The position numbers were made by a program, and so were the translations under genes. Shown here piece after piece: positions 1-13,500 of a stretch of DNA of 64,000 nucleotides. The stretch's first letter is position 1; each line of letters opens with the position of its first letter. The stretch comes from Vicugna vicugna (taxonomy: Eukaryota): contig MU061578.1 in NCBI GenBank assembly GCA_013265495.1, forward strand, positions 1,497,308 through 1,561,307. Direction: 5' to 3'. The notes under the pieces were generated by a model. It had not been told where the DNA came from. It made no database searches and was given only the letters and a program-made list of their open reading frames with translations.

Positions 1-29
1 CAAGTATCTCTAATTCTTGTCAATATAAT

Positions 30-170
30 TTCAGCTTTGCCTTTCTTGTTTCCTTTACTGTAAGCCTCATGAAGGGAAGACCATATCTGCCTTATGTACT
101 GCTCATTCTTCAGTGCCTACTATGCGTCTGACACATGGTAGACACTCACTGAATACTGTTCAAATGAGAT
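30..170 (+). mobile_element. L2 LINE 3' end fragment
   Basis: ctgtaagcctcatgaagggaagacc...cagtgcctac...acacatggtagacactcactgaatactgttcaaatga resembles the L2 3' terminus. Confidence 0.7.
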
Positions 171-194
171 TCACCTTTTTCAGATAGCCTCCAG

Positions 195-330
195 GTCAGG
201 GATACATGGCAGGTACAGGACATGTACGCTGCTACTCCTCAATGCCTCACCCATGACAGACATCACTAATCAATCATGGCACTCCTCCCTGCTCAATCTA
301 CACCCAGGCTCAGAATCCACTGCTTCAGAC
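195..330 (+). mobile_element. Ancient repeat, probably hAT-type MER DNA transposon fragment
   Basis: Motif cagacatcactaatcaatcatggcactc recurs at ~54775-54800 (caggcatcactaatcaatcacgcacc), so it is dispersed; family uncertain. Confidence 0.5.
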
Positions 331-689
331 TCCAAGTAGCTCACCTGCCCATCTCCCCTCCCTTTTTCCAATGTACCCACATCTAGAATCCAGAGTATGA
401 ATAAACTATTCCACATATGGCCCAAAGAGGGCAGAGACATAAATAACAACCTTTCCTTCTAAACTGCTTTTCTGTGTTAGCAGCATAGGAGTAAATTTTA
501 TTTGTGTATGTCCCCATTTCATGGCTAACCCCATCTCATGGCTAAAATAATTTGAAGTAGCAATGGAAAGTCGTAGATGGGTCAGAAAATATTTGGATAA
601 CCATGTTGATGCTTCCCCCAGTCCCTTTCAATAAACAAGTTAATCTACCTGAGCAGCTCAACTAGGAAAATAAAACACAATGATTCAGA

Positions 690-803
690 GGTGGAGGTGT
701 ATAGCTCAGTGGTAGAGTACTTGCCTAGCTTACACAGGGTCGTGGGTTCAATCCCCAGTACCTCCATTAACAAAAACAAACAAACAAAAACAACTCCCCC
801 ACA
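690..803 (+). mobile_element. tRNA-derived camelid-type SINE (vic-1-like)
   Basis: A box tagctcagtggt, B box ggttcaatccc, A-rich tail; degenerate TSD acacaatgattc / acacaattattc. Confidence 0.9.
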
Positions 804-1129
804 CACACAATTATTCCAAAAATTAAAGCCAAAACAAAACACCAAACTTCCATTGTTCAACCATCTGCTTATTCCAAGTGGTCACGGGAGGAGGGCCACT
901 AAATAATGAAACTAATGGTCCAGTTCCAGAATTCATTTCCTCGGATTTCTGTTCTGCACCGTGGGAGGGGACAACCACCCTGGCTCATCCCGCTTCCTCT
1001 CATTCCTCTTAGTGGTCTCCTTCACTGGGGTTTCTCATAGCCAAGCTTGAGCACCTGGGGCAAATGTGAGCCCAGAGAGGCAGGACACAGTTAAACAGCA
1101 AACAGCCCCTGCCACTCAGAGGGCTTTGA

Positions 1130-1390
1130 ACAAACACTGTTGAGCAATATCTATTTTCTGAAGGCTTACTCTCCGCCAGGTGCTGCATTAAAGGTTATCT
1201 ATCTAACACTTTCTAATCCTAAAAAAAAGCCTTGAACAATACATACAATTTCCCTAACTGACAGGACTGAGTGACCGAGTTCAGAGTTTAACCCTCTAAG
1301 ACCACCCTACTGATAAATCGCTGAGTTGGGACTGGAACTCAGGTCTATTTAACTTCCAAGCCCAGACTCTTTCCACTAAACCATATGCAT
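1130..1390 (-). mobile_element. MIR SINE
   Basis: gacaggactgagtgaccgagttcagag...ggactggaactcaggtct...ccaagcccagactctttccacta, reverse MIR core. Confidence 0.65.
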
Positions 1391-1829
1391 CTTGTCCCAT
1401 AAAAGCTTAGAGACCATGTTCATTGTTGATTACATCTAGCAATATAGCATCAATCTTATTTTAAAGACCCTTTTTAATATTTATAAGGCATCAACCACTT
1501 TTGGAAAATTTCACGGTGCACCTGTTTTGTTTTATGGATCTAGATTTTGTGAAAAGTCTTTTCCACGTATTTTAAGTAGAACTTATGCTGTCCCTGTTGG
1601 GTAGCCATAAGGGAAGAAAGTGAGCAAGAGAAGGAAGGGAAAGAGGGGGAAAGGGGTCTGAAGTCTAGTGCTACATGCAGGAGCCTTCCTTGCAAAGAAG
1701 GCACTGGTGGAGAGAGATGCCACGGAGGAAGGAACATGGGGTAATAGAGACACCGCAAGTGCTTTGGGAGAGCCATTAAGAATGCAATCTTCTGACTGAC
1801 TTGGCTTGAACTCCCGGTTGGTTCTTTTA

Positions 1830-2000
1830 CTCTTTGGGGCAATTTGAATAAGTTACCCAACTTCCTGCATCCAGGGCCTCTTCTCTAATGAAGGGATGTC
1901 TATACCTTCGCCTCCAAGTTTATCAAGAGGATTAAATGAGATAATCTGTGTAAGGGAAACGGCTAGGTAATCACAAGTGTTTAGTAAATTGGAGCTGTTA
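1830..2000 (+). mobile_element. MIR SINE
   Basis: aagttacccaacttcctgcatcc...gaggattaaatgagataat. Confidence 0.6.
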
Positions 2001-2669
2001 TGATCAATGATTAGCAATCTCGTGCATTCAAAACTCAGCCCAGAGGATATTCTTTTCTTCTTCTTGAACAAAGCAAAGGCATCTATACAAACCCTTCAGC
2101 GCTCAGCACTTGACAAAGGGCATTTACAGACATTCAATGAGAGTTGAACAGAGGGGTCAGACTTCACACAACCGACAAGCTTATGGATGTGGGCCGGGAT
2201 CCAACGCACAAAAAGAGGTGAAACAAAGCTCTTGAACTCTGTGTAATTCCATAGGAAGTCTGTGCAATCCGGTAAGAAGATTGGAACTTCACATTCAGGC
2301 GGACTGTGTGGAAGTTCTCTAAAACATCTGTAGCGAGAAGCAGCATACAGCTGTGCTAACCCCCCTCATGATGCCAGGACTAAGCCTTGAGTCTCACAAA
2401 CTCTAGGATAGACTTTGGCTTAATGTGACCCTTGGGGTAGGCCAAAATGCTATTCAGGCTATTTAACCACCAGACCCCTGGTAGCATGGCACCGCCAATC
2501 AGAATGCAAGCTGACTGTGCGCCCTGGCAGAACATCGGCTGTGCAGTGAGGACTTCCTCTTCTGTCTACCAACACTTCATTGAGATGGGATTAGAATCTG
2601 GTTCTGTCGGATTCCAGAGCTCAGGGCTTTCTTTTCTTGCTTTGTTGAGGGGTTGTTTTCTTTTTTTAA

Positions 2670-2940
2670 AGACTTTCTTTCGGAGGGGCAGTTTTAATTG
2701 AGAGGAATATATGGAGATTTCCCATACAACTCCTGTCCCTCACCACCCATAACTTCCCACATTGTGGACACCCCCCACCAGAGTGGAACATTTGTTGTAA
2801 CTGGTGTACCTACGCCGACACACAGTAACCTCCCAGAGCCCACGGTGCTCCCCAGGGTTCATGCTTGGTGTTACCTGTTCTATGGGTTTGGACAAATGTC
2901 TAAGGACACGTATCGCACAGAGCATCTTCACTGCCCTCAG
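2670..2940 (-). mobile_element. Old L1 (L1MC/L1MD-like) 3' fragment
   Basis: ccccaccagagtggaacatttgttgtaac...cccagggttcatgcttggtgttac...tatgggtttggacaaatg. Confidence 0.7.
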
Positions 2941-3667
2941 GTGTTTAACCACTGCAGGCTACGATCATCACTTACATGGGTTACATATGAATGATGACAT
3001 GGTTCATTACGTAAATATTTGACTAGCTTGACTTAGCAAATTCTTCTGTTGCACTAAGAAAACCCACAATGAAACTTTTCTAAATTTACCTTTCAAGAGG
3101 CTGTGGCACGGAGGCGATCGAGCTGACAGGAACAGTCTCTGCTCTAACACACGGGCTCTGCACATTCTTCATATGGGAGGATTCGACACCTGCTTAAGCC
3201 ATAGTGCTTTTTCCATTACACGGAAGGCCTAATTTCAAAAAGTTTGCCTGAGCTCTGGCATCTGCTAATAAGGACATAGTTTTTTTTTTTTTAAGCTCTT
3301 TCTAACAACATATAAGAGGGAAGAGTTTGCTTTTGCTCCTTATTCCTTTTGACATTTGCATACGTATTTCAGTGTTACTTATATTTTTGCACTTTTGGCA
3401 TCTTTTATGTCAATATGTTGACATACCTTAATTAGTTATTTTTTTAAAGATTATATGTCCATTTATCATTGAAATAACTTTATTTATAATTAATTTGTGA
3501 TTCCTTTAAAAAGTGTGAGATCAGCTTTCACTTTATATAGAAATTGGTATTTTCATCTCTTGTCATGAACTAGAATGCATACATAGATCAACAGACCTTA
3601 AGATACAAATGTTTCAGAAAGTTTAAATAGTGGCTGCCCAAGGTTAAAAAAAAGCTATTTATTCTTT

Positions 3668-3827
3668 TTTTTAACATTTTTTATTGATTTATAATCATTT
3701 TACAATGTTGTGTCAAATTCCAGTGTTCAGCACAATTTTTCAGTTATACATGAACATATATATTCATTGTCACATTTTTTCCTCTGTGAGCTACAAGATC
3801 TTGTGTATATTTCCCTGTGCTATACAG
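3668..3827 (-). mobile_element. Young 5'-truncated L1 3' end with TSD
   Basis: Poly-T then reverse L1 3'UTR (ttacaatgttgtgtcaaattccagtg...ttccctgtgctatacag); exact TSD tttattcttt at 3658-3667 and 3828-3837. Confidence 0.9.
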
Positions 3828-4699
3828 TTTATTCTTTAAAATATAGGTGTATTGCATGTATGTCTGCAATGACAGAATGTGAGCATTCTCTCGTGGCATA
3901 AATCAGGCTTATGTGCTTTAAGCAAGAGGAGGTCAACATCCTATATAAATGCCAAGCATTCACTTTATTCTTACCTACAATGTCCTTCTGTTAGCATAAA
4001 GGGCTGCTGCCTTGCAGACCTACTATGCACTAATCCTTGTGAATAATTTGAACATGATGGTGGGACATTGGCCTATTCAGGATGAAAAGCCATTTCATGC
4101 CATACCAAAGGTCTTCTAGATTAACATCCTATACCTGTCCCCCTGGAAGAGCTATTCAATGAGCCCCATGAACTTCCTGTCCTCAGTCGTTGCCCACTCC
4201 AACCCCCACCGCAGGGCAGGTGCAGTGCAGATGGCTGAGCCAGGGAGCTCACCGGCCTCAGGACACTCATTCCTAGGCAGGCAAACTGAGTCCATCAAAG
4301 GCTCTCTTCCTCCTCAGAATTTGAACTGGGGCCTGATGATTTGAACCAGAGATGGTGAAAGCTGGAGCTGGCATTTCACCATGGATTCTTGACCAAACTT
4401 GGCACCACTGTTATTGAGGTATAAGCCAGCTGAGGTGGTAGAGAAGCAGGAACTATGAGTAAGCAGGGGAAGCCAGACTTCAGAGAGAAGAAAAGATCAG
4501 ATGTGTAGAGAGAAAAGACCAGAGACCATGCAGAAGCAGCAGAGGAGAGAAGGAAGGAGAAAAGAGGGGTGAACCTCTAAAGTTTCCTAGTTTGGCTCCT
4601 CACCATGGGGTTCCCTAAGATTCTCTTGGATGCTTCAAAAAAAAAAACAACTTCAAATTAGTTTTCACAGGCTTAGCTAACCTCATACATCACTCTTCT

Positions 4700-5090
4700 A
4701 TGTCAGATTTGAGATGAGCCAAGGATTTGAGAACAGTTTATTTGGGAGCAAGGGAATCCATCAGGGGAGAAAGAAAGGTGCCCAGAGAAGTAAAGGCATA
4801 TCCTTTAATAAAGGATTCACTGACAAGCCAGCCACACAATGTGGAGAAACCTGTAAGACAAGTCCTTAGCATCGTCCCACCCGGGGCTGAGGGAGCTGGG
4901 GTATTTACACACCAGCTCTCAAGACTCATTGGGTTGTTAATCCCCTCCCAGTTCTGGTTTCTGATGAGCATAAGCAAAGAAACTTCCTATAATCCTGGGA
5001 AATGCCCTCATGCAGGAAGATACAAATCCTGGCGCCCCAAGCCTGCAGGAACACAGGGAAATGACAAGCCCAGAGGATGGATGTGGGGAG
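4700..5090 (-). mobile_element. ERVL-class solo LTR (LTR33/LTR16-like)
   Basis: Starts tgtcag...gagccaaggatttgagaacagtttatttgggag, the reverse of a typical LTR 3' end with aaataaac poly(A) signal. Confidence 0.6.
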
Positions 5091-5531
5091 GGCAGCATTC
5101 TGCAACACTGAAATTTTGGGTCACCTACTCCCTGTTTCTAAAGTATAGCCCTACATGGGATGTCAAGGGTTCACAAGGATAATCAGTCAGTATCTGCCCA
5201 CTCTTGTGGCACTATTTCCAGATCCTTCGTAGTTATGCTGGACTCTATTTCCTGATCTATCTTACCATTTCAGGTTAGACTAGAGCAACTGAATCTAGGT
5301 CCTCTAGGATCTGACTTTTGTTTCTTTCCTTAGACTTGCCTGTTTCAGCAACTCACTGGCCAGCCTCAGGATGGACTCCCCCATAGTATCATCCTCTAAT
5401 TCAGGCTTTCCAAGGGACGGGTATAACTAGGTTTTGAAAGACAAAGGATATTCCTGGAACAGGAATCTAGAGTCTGGCTTCTGATCTGAGTTGTAAGATA
5501 TACACTCTTCTGGACCATGACATAGAAGATT

Positions 5532-5705
5532 CCAGTGGTTCTTAAATACTGGCTTATGGATCATAATAAGGCTCACTGGGGAGCCTATAAGATTAGGAAT
5601 CTCTAGACCCTGTACCTGGAGATTCTGATTCAGGAAGACAGGCCAGGGTCTGGGATTAAAGTTCACTTGGGGTTCTGATCCTCAGCCAGGTATGAGAAGC
5701 CTCTA
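5532..5705. mobile_element. MER5A-like hAT-Charlie MITE
   Basis: cagtggttcttaaa...ggagattctgattcagg...ggttctgat...tgagaagcctcta. Confidence 0.7.
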
Positions 5706-6649
5706 GTAAATGACATCTGAAGTGTCTTTCTGGAATTCTGTAATCCACTTGAAAGGCAGTTTCATCTCACTGTCTCTAATGATGACACTGAAAATAGTCT
5801 GGGGGTCCAGGGGAGTGGCATTGTACGTAAAAGTCTTCACTTGCTTATTCATGAAAATCTGCCACAAAATGACTGGTCTCCTTGGTACCCAATGCATGTG
5901 TCATTATCATCCCTGAATCCACCCCCCTTTTCAGGAATGTATATATGAATTCCGCACACTTACTGCTTACTAGCTGGTATTTTTCATATCCTAAAACTAA
6001 CACATGTGAGATCACATGGATTCTCCCCATCCATTGCTCCTCCCATCTTTAGTGTTTGCGCTGCCAGAAGATTCTACGTCTCCTCATATAAATCTTTCAT
6101 ATTTGTTCAGGCTTTGTTCCCATGTCCCCTCCTCCTCTTCAGATAGATAGAGTTATAAATATTTTAGACTTCTTTTTGGGAAGCAAATACTCAGAGGAAG
6201 CAGGGATTGCAGAGGTAGAAAAATGTCTTTTTAACATACAGCCCAGGCATTTCTAAACAGTATCAAGATTATCTCCACGGTTATTTCCAAACTCTCCAAA
6301 TTATTTCCTGGAGGAGAATGATCAAGAAGTCAAACACCTGCCTGTCCACACATTAAGACCTGAAGTTTTGATAAGCCATCTCCTCTTCTTAAAGTGAGGC
6401 ATTCTATGCAAAGTTTTAGGAAGACCCATCATGGGCTATTCTCTCTTCAAAATAGCATTCTCCCAAACCTCATTTGTCCTACAAGTATGAGTGCTTACCA
6501 TGAGAAGTATCACTCCTTCACGGAGGCAGAAACAACCTGACCTAAGTTAATATAGAAGATGACTGACTTCGAAATCCAACTTGCAAATAGGCAGAATTTT
6601 GCTTTCAGCTATATTCCTACCTTCCAACAAACAAGTCTGTGATTAGACA

Positions 6650-6976
6650 CAGCCATCCCTCAGCTTCCGCTGGGGACTGGTTCCAGGAACTCCATGGGTA
6701 CCAAACTCTGGAGATGCTCAATTTTGTTACATCTGCACGTAACTTAATCATATCCTCCCATATCCTTTAAACCATCTCTAGGTAGGTTACTTCTACTATC
6801 TAACGTACATGCTATGTAAAAAGTTGTAAATACAATGCGAATGCTATGTAAATAGTTGCTGGCACATGGCAAATTCAAATTTTGCTTTTTGGCACGTTCC
6901 GGACATTTTTTTCAAGTATTTCTAGTCCATGGTTGAATCCACGGATGTGGAATCCATGGACTCGGAGGGCCAACTG
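6650..6976. mobile_element. MER2 (TcMar-Tigger) DNA transposon
   Basis: Imperfect TIRs cagccatccctc / gagggccaactg followed by TA; internal ggggactggttccagga and ggttgaatccacggatg. Confidence 0.85.
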
Positions 6977-7299
6977 TATTGAGGTTTATAGGTTTTAACT
7001 TAGAACAGAATGAAGTAAACTCTACCAACAGCCAGAAACTCTTCAGAAACCAATTCCAGTCTCGAGTTTTGATGACCCTTCTAGAGGCAGACGTATTCGG
7101 CTGTCCAGGGAGCTGTACACAGATACTGTCTTTGGTTTTGTGGTTAACGCCAGCATTTTAAAGTTTTCAACTGGATTCGTTTGAAGGTTCCTAGAGACAA
7201 TCTTGCTCATCTTGTTCGTCATCAGAATGCCTGTGTGATTGTAGAACATGGCAGGGACTTGATAAACAATTTTTGAATAAATGAGTGAATTAGATTTAC

Positions 7300-7410
7300 C
7301 ATGGTTGTCACTCCAGGCTGAACACTAGAATCAACTGGGGAGCTTTTTGAAAATACTGATTCTCAGATCCCAACCTTAGAGCAATTAAGTCAGAATCTCT
7401 GGGGCTTGGT
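7300..7410. mobile_element. MER5-like fragment
   Basis: tagaatcaactggggagctttttgaaaatactgat...aattaagtcagaatctctgggg. Confidence 0.65.
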
Positions 7411-8589
7411 GACCCCCTACTTTCTTTCTCTCTCTCTGAAATATATATTTCAGGCAATTCTGCACAGTGGTGGCTGACAAAGAAGAGATCAGAATGATCA
7501 TATTAAAAAAAGCTAAGCTGCTTAATTTAGTATTTCCATTTCAACAGAAGCTACTCATATCAGAGGCCATGAGAATATCTGAAAAACAGTATCAAATGAA
7601 TTATTGAAAATTAGCCCCATGTAATGTTTTGATTGTGTTGAATGAAACGAATGGTGGTAAAGTGACACTGCTTTGACTAAGTGTGTGTGCAGACATACAC
7701 ATACAGATATACACATGTATACACACACACGTACATAGCAGTAACTAAAAATTCGTCAGGTCGTCTTCTCTACTGTTTTGAGTGGAACATGAATTAGATT
7801 AACTATCCCGATTATGCAGAGAAATTTAGCTTAATGACCTACAATTACTTTAATGGCTTTGGAATTCAGAAGATAAGAAGACACTGCGTTTCTTCCATTG
7901 AGCATTAAATATAAAATGCCTCTGATTGACTGTCATGAAAAACCCAATTCTATTGCTATTTGAATTATTCAGAATCAATATCCAGCACTAGCCAGCACGG
8001 GGAAGCTCACATACAAGGCAGCTTTTGAAAGCCGCCTTTCCCTATACTGAGCACTTGTGCTTTGTGTTGGGGGTGGGTGGGTAATGGGCTGTTTGCTGAA
8101 TGTCACCACTTCAGATGCACGGAGAATTAACAACTTCATCTTCCCCTTATATTTGGTAATAAAAGGGATTACTTCACAGAGATGAACAATTTTCAAGGTT
8201 ATGAAACATTCAGCATACAGTTGGGCTCAAGGAATCTTGCCTTCTCTATAAAGAGAAAGGGTTTTCACTGTTCGCACAAGAGAGAAATTTGCTCAAGTTA
8301 CTTTTTCAGTTATTTGATGAGTAAACAGCAACCTTGTATCTCCCCAAGCTGAAAACTGTTTACAGGCAAAAATACTACACCACCGTAGTCTTGTAGAAGC
8401 TTCACTTAAGATGTGACTGTAAGAACCATGGTGCTGCTTGAAGAAATTTTCCAAAATCATAATGAAAAAGTTAGGGAACAATAGTAAAAAAATTTTTTAA
8501 ATGTTGGATTGTCATGTATTTGTGGTTGGCCTGATGCTAAGAATTCGACTGCATTATTTCAAATAAATCTCAAGGCAAACTTGTGAAGG

Positions 8590-8720
8590 CAGCAATATTA
8601 TGATCTCCCCATTTTACAGATGAGGAAGTTAAAGGGATCCAAGAGAATTCTCTTCTCTCCCTCTCTAAGTGCATAAGGGCTACAGCTGCGACTCCAGAAT
8701 AGGCTGCCATGATTCCAAAG
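8590..8720 (-). mobile_element. MIR fragment
   Basis: ccccattttacagatgaggaa core. Confidence 0.65.
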
Positions 8721-9332
8721 TGAAATCATGAAATACTGTAAGAATAATCCTGCTCACATGCGTAAGAGGAGGCACAGAGAAATGAAGTAAACTATAGCAG
8801 AGAACACTGAAGACTGAATGGCCATTTAAAGCAGAAGTCAAAATGGGTTGTCCTGAAATTGAGGGGGTACTTCACAGAGATGCTCACACAGGTCAGCCTA
8901 TGTGATGAGCGGCCGGGGCATCTTTATACGGACACACTCCTCCTCCTCCTCCTCCGCCAGAGGAAGGAGTGGGGAGAATATCCGCTTCCCAAATTCATCC
9001 TGAAAGTCGGTACAGCTGCAGAGCTCCACTCAAACACATCTCCCAAGAGCTGTTTATACTGTTTCCTTTTCCCTCATTAAAGTCCTGGCTCAGGCTAATA
9101 AATCAGTGTACAATTTGTGTATAATCTAATTTTTGCCTTGCGCTTCATCTGGTGTAGGAGGAAGCAAGGGAAAAATGAAGAAAAAAAAAGGCAACAACTG
9201 GAAAATGAAGACTAATGAGAACTTGGATGCTTAAGAAAATATCCTTTAGAAGTGCCCAGTTTGAGGTGGTCAGAATTACAGGGGAAAAAATGAGTGTGAC
9301 CTCTTCCTCCTGTGGAATTGTGACTTGTGAGG

Positions 9333-9402
9333 GTGTGTGTATGTGTATATATATGTATATGTATATGTATGTATGTTTGTGTGTGTGTATATATATATAT
9401 AT
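9333..9402. repeat. Compound (TG)/(TA) microsatellite
   Basis: Directly visible. Confidence 0.9.
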
Positions 9403-11565
9403 AATCTCCATATACCCAAATACGTGAAGGTCCCGTTGAGTCAGCACTATATGCAGTTATTTCTCTGGGTAGCACACAGGCTATGCCATTAGGAGGTGTT
9501 AACTGTGTCCTGGGGGTGTCCTCTGCTTCTCTTCCCAGACATTTATAGCACAGCCAATAATAATCCCCAAGCCACCCCCAAGTCATCCCACAGAGAACAC
9601 TTGGTGTTCCTTCAAACTAGCCAGCTATATGAGGTACCCGGGTAGGGAACGCAGCAGTTACATAAGTTAATGGCATTCAAATGTGTAAGTTCAAGGAAGC
9701 AGCAAGCCCCGAAAAAGAAAAGCGTGCTCGCGTTTGGGTTTCAGTCCAAACGCCGCTCACCGACTCAGTCTTGGGGCGTGCACACAGGATCCAAGTCGCT
9801 GTGCTGGCCGAAGCAGAGGAATGTACAAGGAAACCGCCCATTGACCTAAAAGGCATCATTCTCTTCTCTCATTTTTCACCAGCACCTGAACACACCAAAG
9901 CATCTTACTTTGATTTCAGTTTTTAGTTCAGGTTTTGGTTTTGGTTTTGGTTTTAATTTCAGATTGTAGTTTATCTGGTGGCATTTCCACTGTCACCTAC
10001 TTAAGAACAGGCAGATAGACCCGAAGACAAGTCATGATTTCGTCTCATTTAGAAAGTGCAAAAAAAGTTAATTTTTGCAAGTGCAAAATTTGGTTTGGGC
10101 CATTGACAGGAGGTCATTTGGAAGGACACTAATTAAAAACTAATGGGAGTATTACATAAAACCAGAGTCACAACAAAGCTCAAAATTTTCCATCCGCAGA
10201 AGAAAAATCGGTGGAGTTTTAGAGAAAACAGGTGAGCTCTTTCTATGCACGAAACATGGGGGTTTTTTTGTTTTTTTTTTTTTAACAACAGGAAAAAAGG
10301 AAAGGTACTGCCCCCTCCTGGCTCTGCAAAACCAAGTCCTATTATATTTAACACCGAATAACATAATTATGTAGGAGTCAACACTGAACGAATCTTAGAT
10401 CCTCTCTCTTAGAGGAGAGAGCAAGGTTGATTTGCAATTCTGAGAGGATAATGAAAGGGTCAGTGTTACTATTTAATATAAAGATAGATTTCCTGGTTTC
10501 TCTCAAGTGTTTGTCATTGGATACAGAGAACCATATCAGATTGAATTACTGAGGATCATCTCTGATAAATCAAATGAAGAACACGGCTGAAAAAGAGGCA
10601 AACTGTGTGAACAGCCCGATGCTCGAGGAGAATACATAGCCCCACGAAGTACCCTGAAGCGAGAGGCTCTTCACCATTTTTGGTTCATTTACAGAAGAAA
10701 GCGAACTATGCCCTGGATGTGGAGTTTGAGAACTGATGACTCACTTAAGCTCTCAAATGTTGACTTGGGGAGAAGTGGGTCTTTTCCTCAAATTGCTCAG
10801 GGACCAACCACCTTGCATGCCTGCAGCCAAGGGTCAATGTGGGATTGTCCTGGTTCCCCATTTTCCCTTTGAATGATGACTGGGTGTGGGCTCTCAGCTC
10901 AGACAGGGAGTGGGGCAGAGAAACAGTGCAACACCCAATGCAGGACACCCATGTGCCTCAAGTTAAGACCCAAAGGACATGGGAAAACCAGGGTCTAGGA
11001 GAGACTCACCACCGGCTACTAAAAAGGTTTCTGTCCAAGTCTACAGAGAAAAATACCCTCCCTTGGGACAGAAGCATGTTTCTTTATCTCACTCTTTGGT
11101 TTGAAAATGAAACCTTGCCCTTGAAAACACTCTTACATGCATATACTAAAATAAAGCATCAAGACCGCGGTAAACTAGACATCCCCTCGCTGCGAGTCAC
11201 CTCCCCAGAGGAAACCAGTTAGTGCTGTGTGTAAAAGCTTCCAGAAGTGCTACGTACACGCCAACCAATTCAATCTACAACTGTTTTTTTTTCCTGCTCA
11301 ACTGGGAACCTACTCTGTATAACACTCTGCCCTTTGTATTGTCACCAGTACGACACCTTTGAGATCTTTTTGAACCAGCATTGCATGGCACACCATATTA
11401 TCCCCTGCATGTTTTTTCAAGGACTCCTCACAGCCACTTTGCACATAAGCACCTGCATTATGTAATTACGCAGGCGAGGAGCACGAGGACACTTGCTTGT
11501 CCAAAGCCACACCGTACCTAGTCGGGGAGCCGGGATTTGAGCCCAGTGCCCACACACTTACCCAC

Positions 11566-11913
11566 TGTTTTCATCCGTTCGGGCTGCTGTAACAAAAATG
11601 CCGCAAACTGGGTGGCTTACAAATAACATGTTTGTCATAGTCCTGGAGGCTGGGAAAGCCAAGGTCACAGCGCCAGCAGCTCCAGGGTCTGTTGAGGATC
11701 TGCAGACCGCCACCTTCTCCTTGGACTTTACATGGCCACAGGGGCTGGCGAGCTCTCCCGGGTCTTTTCCATAAGAGCACGAACCCCCTTCGTGGGGGCT
11801 CCACCCTCATGACCTCATCACCTCCCAAAGGCCCCGCCTCCTGATCACACTGGGGGCTAGGTTTCAATGTCTGAACTTTGGAGGAGGCGGACACAAACAC
11901 CTGAATTGTAGCA
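11566..11913 (-). mobile_element. MLT1A-like MaLR solo LTR inserted into a MIR
   Basis: TG...CA ends, gggctgctgtaacaaaa...ggaggctgggaa...acacaaacacctgaattgtagca; 5-bp TSD cccac/gccac; MIR sequence on both sides. Confidence 0.85.
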
Positions 11914-12759
11914 GCCACTGCATTATACTGTCTTCCTAAATGTTAGTGGTCGCTGTTACTGGAAGTTTTGCATTGGCCTTAAAAACCAAGATGAGTGGGT
12001 TGTGCAAATGCTGGTGTCGACATCACCGCTCAGAGGACATCGCCTGTCCTTCGCCCAAGTCTCTGCATCCCTCAGACCCTTTCTCCTGTGCTCTGATGGG
12101 AGCTACTTAGGGGTGACTAATCGAGTGTCAAACACCAGAACTTGCAGCCCTCCCGAACTGTCTAGAAGCAGAGGGCCCCATCGTCCCCAGCTGCACACAT
12201 GCACTCCAGCCCCCTGGGTGGTCAGACCGGGCCCAGATGTCAGTGTGCCGGAGCTGCATTTGTATTCCTCGCTGATGAATATTACAGCCAACGTACCCAT
12301 CTGGCCGCCGAGATAAATAATGTAAAAATGAAGATATGCCTACATCACTCATGCAGCATTGATGAACGGGGCCCTTCATTCAGACTGTTCCTACAAATCA
12401 TTTCATTTGTGGGCCGTGCAACTCGAAGAGAGAAATAGCATTTTCACCACGTTTCAATGGGGAAGGTTTGGGGACTTTCAAGTGCACGAGATAGAAACTC
12501 AAGCCCCCACCTTCCCCCAATCATTCTAAAGAAATTGTGGCTTCTCAGACAGCAGACAAATGTGGTCCTGGAGCTACAAGACTGTTCTTCTGGGCAGAAT
12601 GCCATTTGTTTACCTTCAAGGTAAGGATTGCATCTCAATGGCCTATGCAGCTTTCATCGGGAAGTTCGGACAGAAGGGACTGAAATAATGAGATGTTGTC
12701 AATTGCTCTACACACGACGTAGTTCCTGAGGAAGTAGCCAAGACTCCATGAATCGAACA

Positions 12760-13500
12760 CCTCACTCCCATTAGGAGGGCTATTACAGACAAACAAACCA
12801 AAACAAAACAAACAAAAAAAAACAGGAAAAAAAAAAGACAAGTGTTGGCAAGGATGTGGAGAAATCAGAACCTTTGCACACTGTTGGCAGGAACGTAAAA
12901 TGATGCAGCTACCATGGAAAGCAATACAGTGGTTCCTCAAACCGTTAGAAAAGGAGTTAGCAGATGATCCAGCAATTCCACCTGGGGGAATATGTCCACA
13001 AAAACTGAAAGCAGAGTCGCAAAGAGGTACCTGTACAACCATCCTCAGAGCAGCCTGACAGACAGGAGACAAAAAGCGAAGGCAAAGTGTCCGCGGTTGG
13101 ATGAATGAAGAAGAAAAACATGGAATATACATACAATGGAATGTTATTCAGTCATAAAAGAGAAGGGAAATTCTGACCCATATTACAACATGATAAACCT
13201 TAAGGATATTATGCTAAGTGAAATAAGACAGTCACACACACACAAAATACTGTACGATTCGCTTATGTGAGGTCCCTAGGGTCATCTAACCCATGGAGAC
13301 AGAGTAGAATGGTAGTTGCCAGGGGGCTGGGGAGAGGAAATGGGGAGTTGTTTTATAATGAGGATAAATCATCAGCTTTGCAAGATGAAGAAGTTCTGGA
13401 GGTTGGTTACACAACAGTGTGCATATACTCAATACTACTGAACTATACACTCTAAAATGGTTGAAGTGGTAACATTATGTGTATTTTACCACAATTTTTT
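12760..13500 (+). mobile_element. L1M (L1MB-like) ORF2 end plus 3'UTR
   Basis: aagtgttggcaaggatgtggagaaa, gatccagcaattccacct, tatgctaagtgaaataagacagtcac, gtattttaccacaat. Confidence 0.9.

Noticed and set aside
690..765. tRNA-like sequences with A and B boxes (also 28140-28208 and 61110-61185)
   Set aside because: Followed by A-rich tails, dispersed and mutually diverged, two with TSDs: SINE heads, not tRNA genes.
2097..2330. Minus-strand acceptor (ctcgctacag|ATG) with two open frames
   Set aside because: Neither peptide is recognisable and there is no good donor or poly(A) support; cannot be supported as an exon.
12635..13455. 165-aa and 62-aa ORFs
   Set aside because: Lie within a decayed L1 fragment (antisense or 3'UTR frames).
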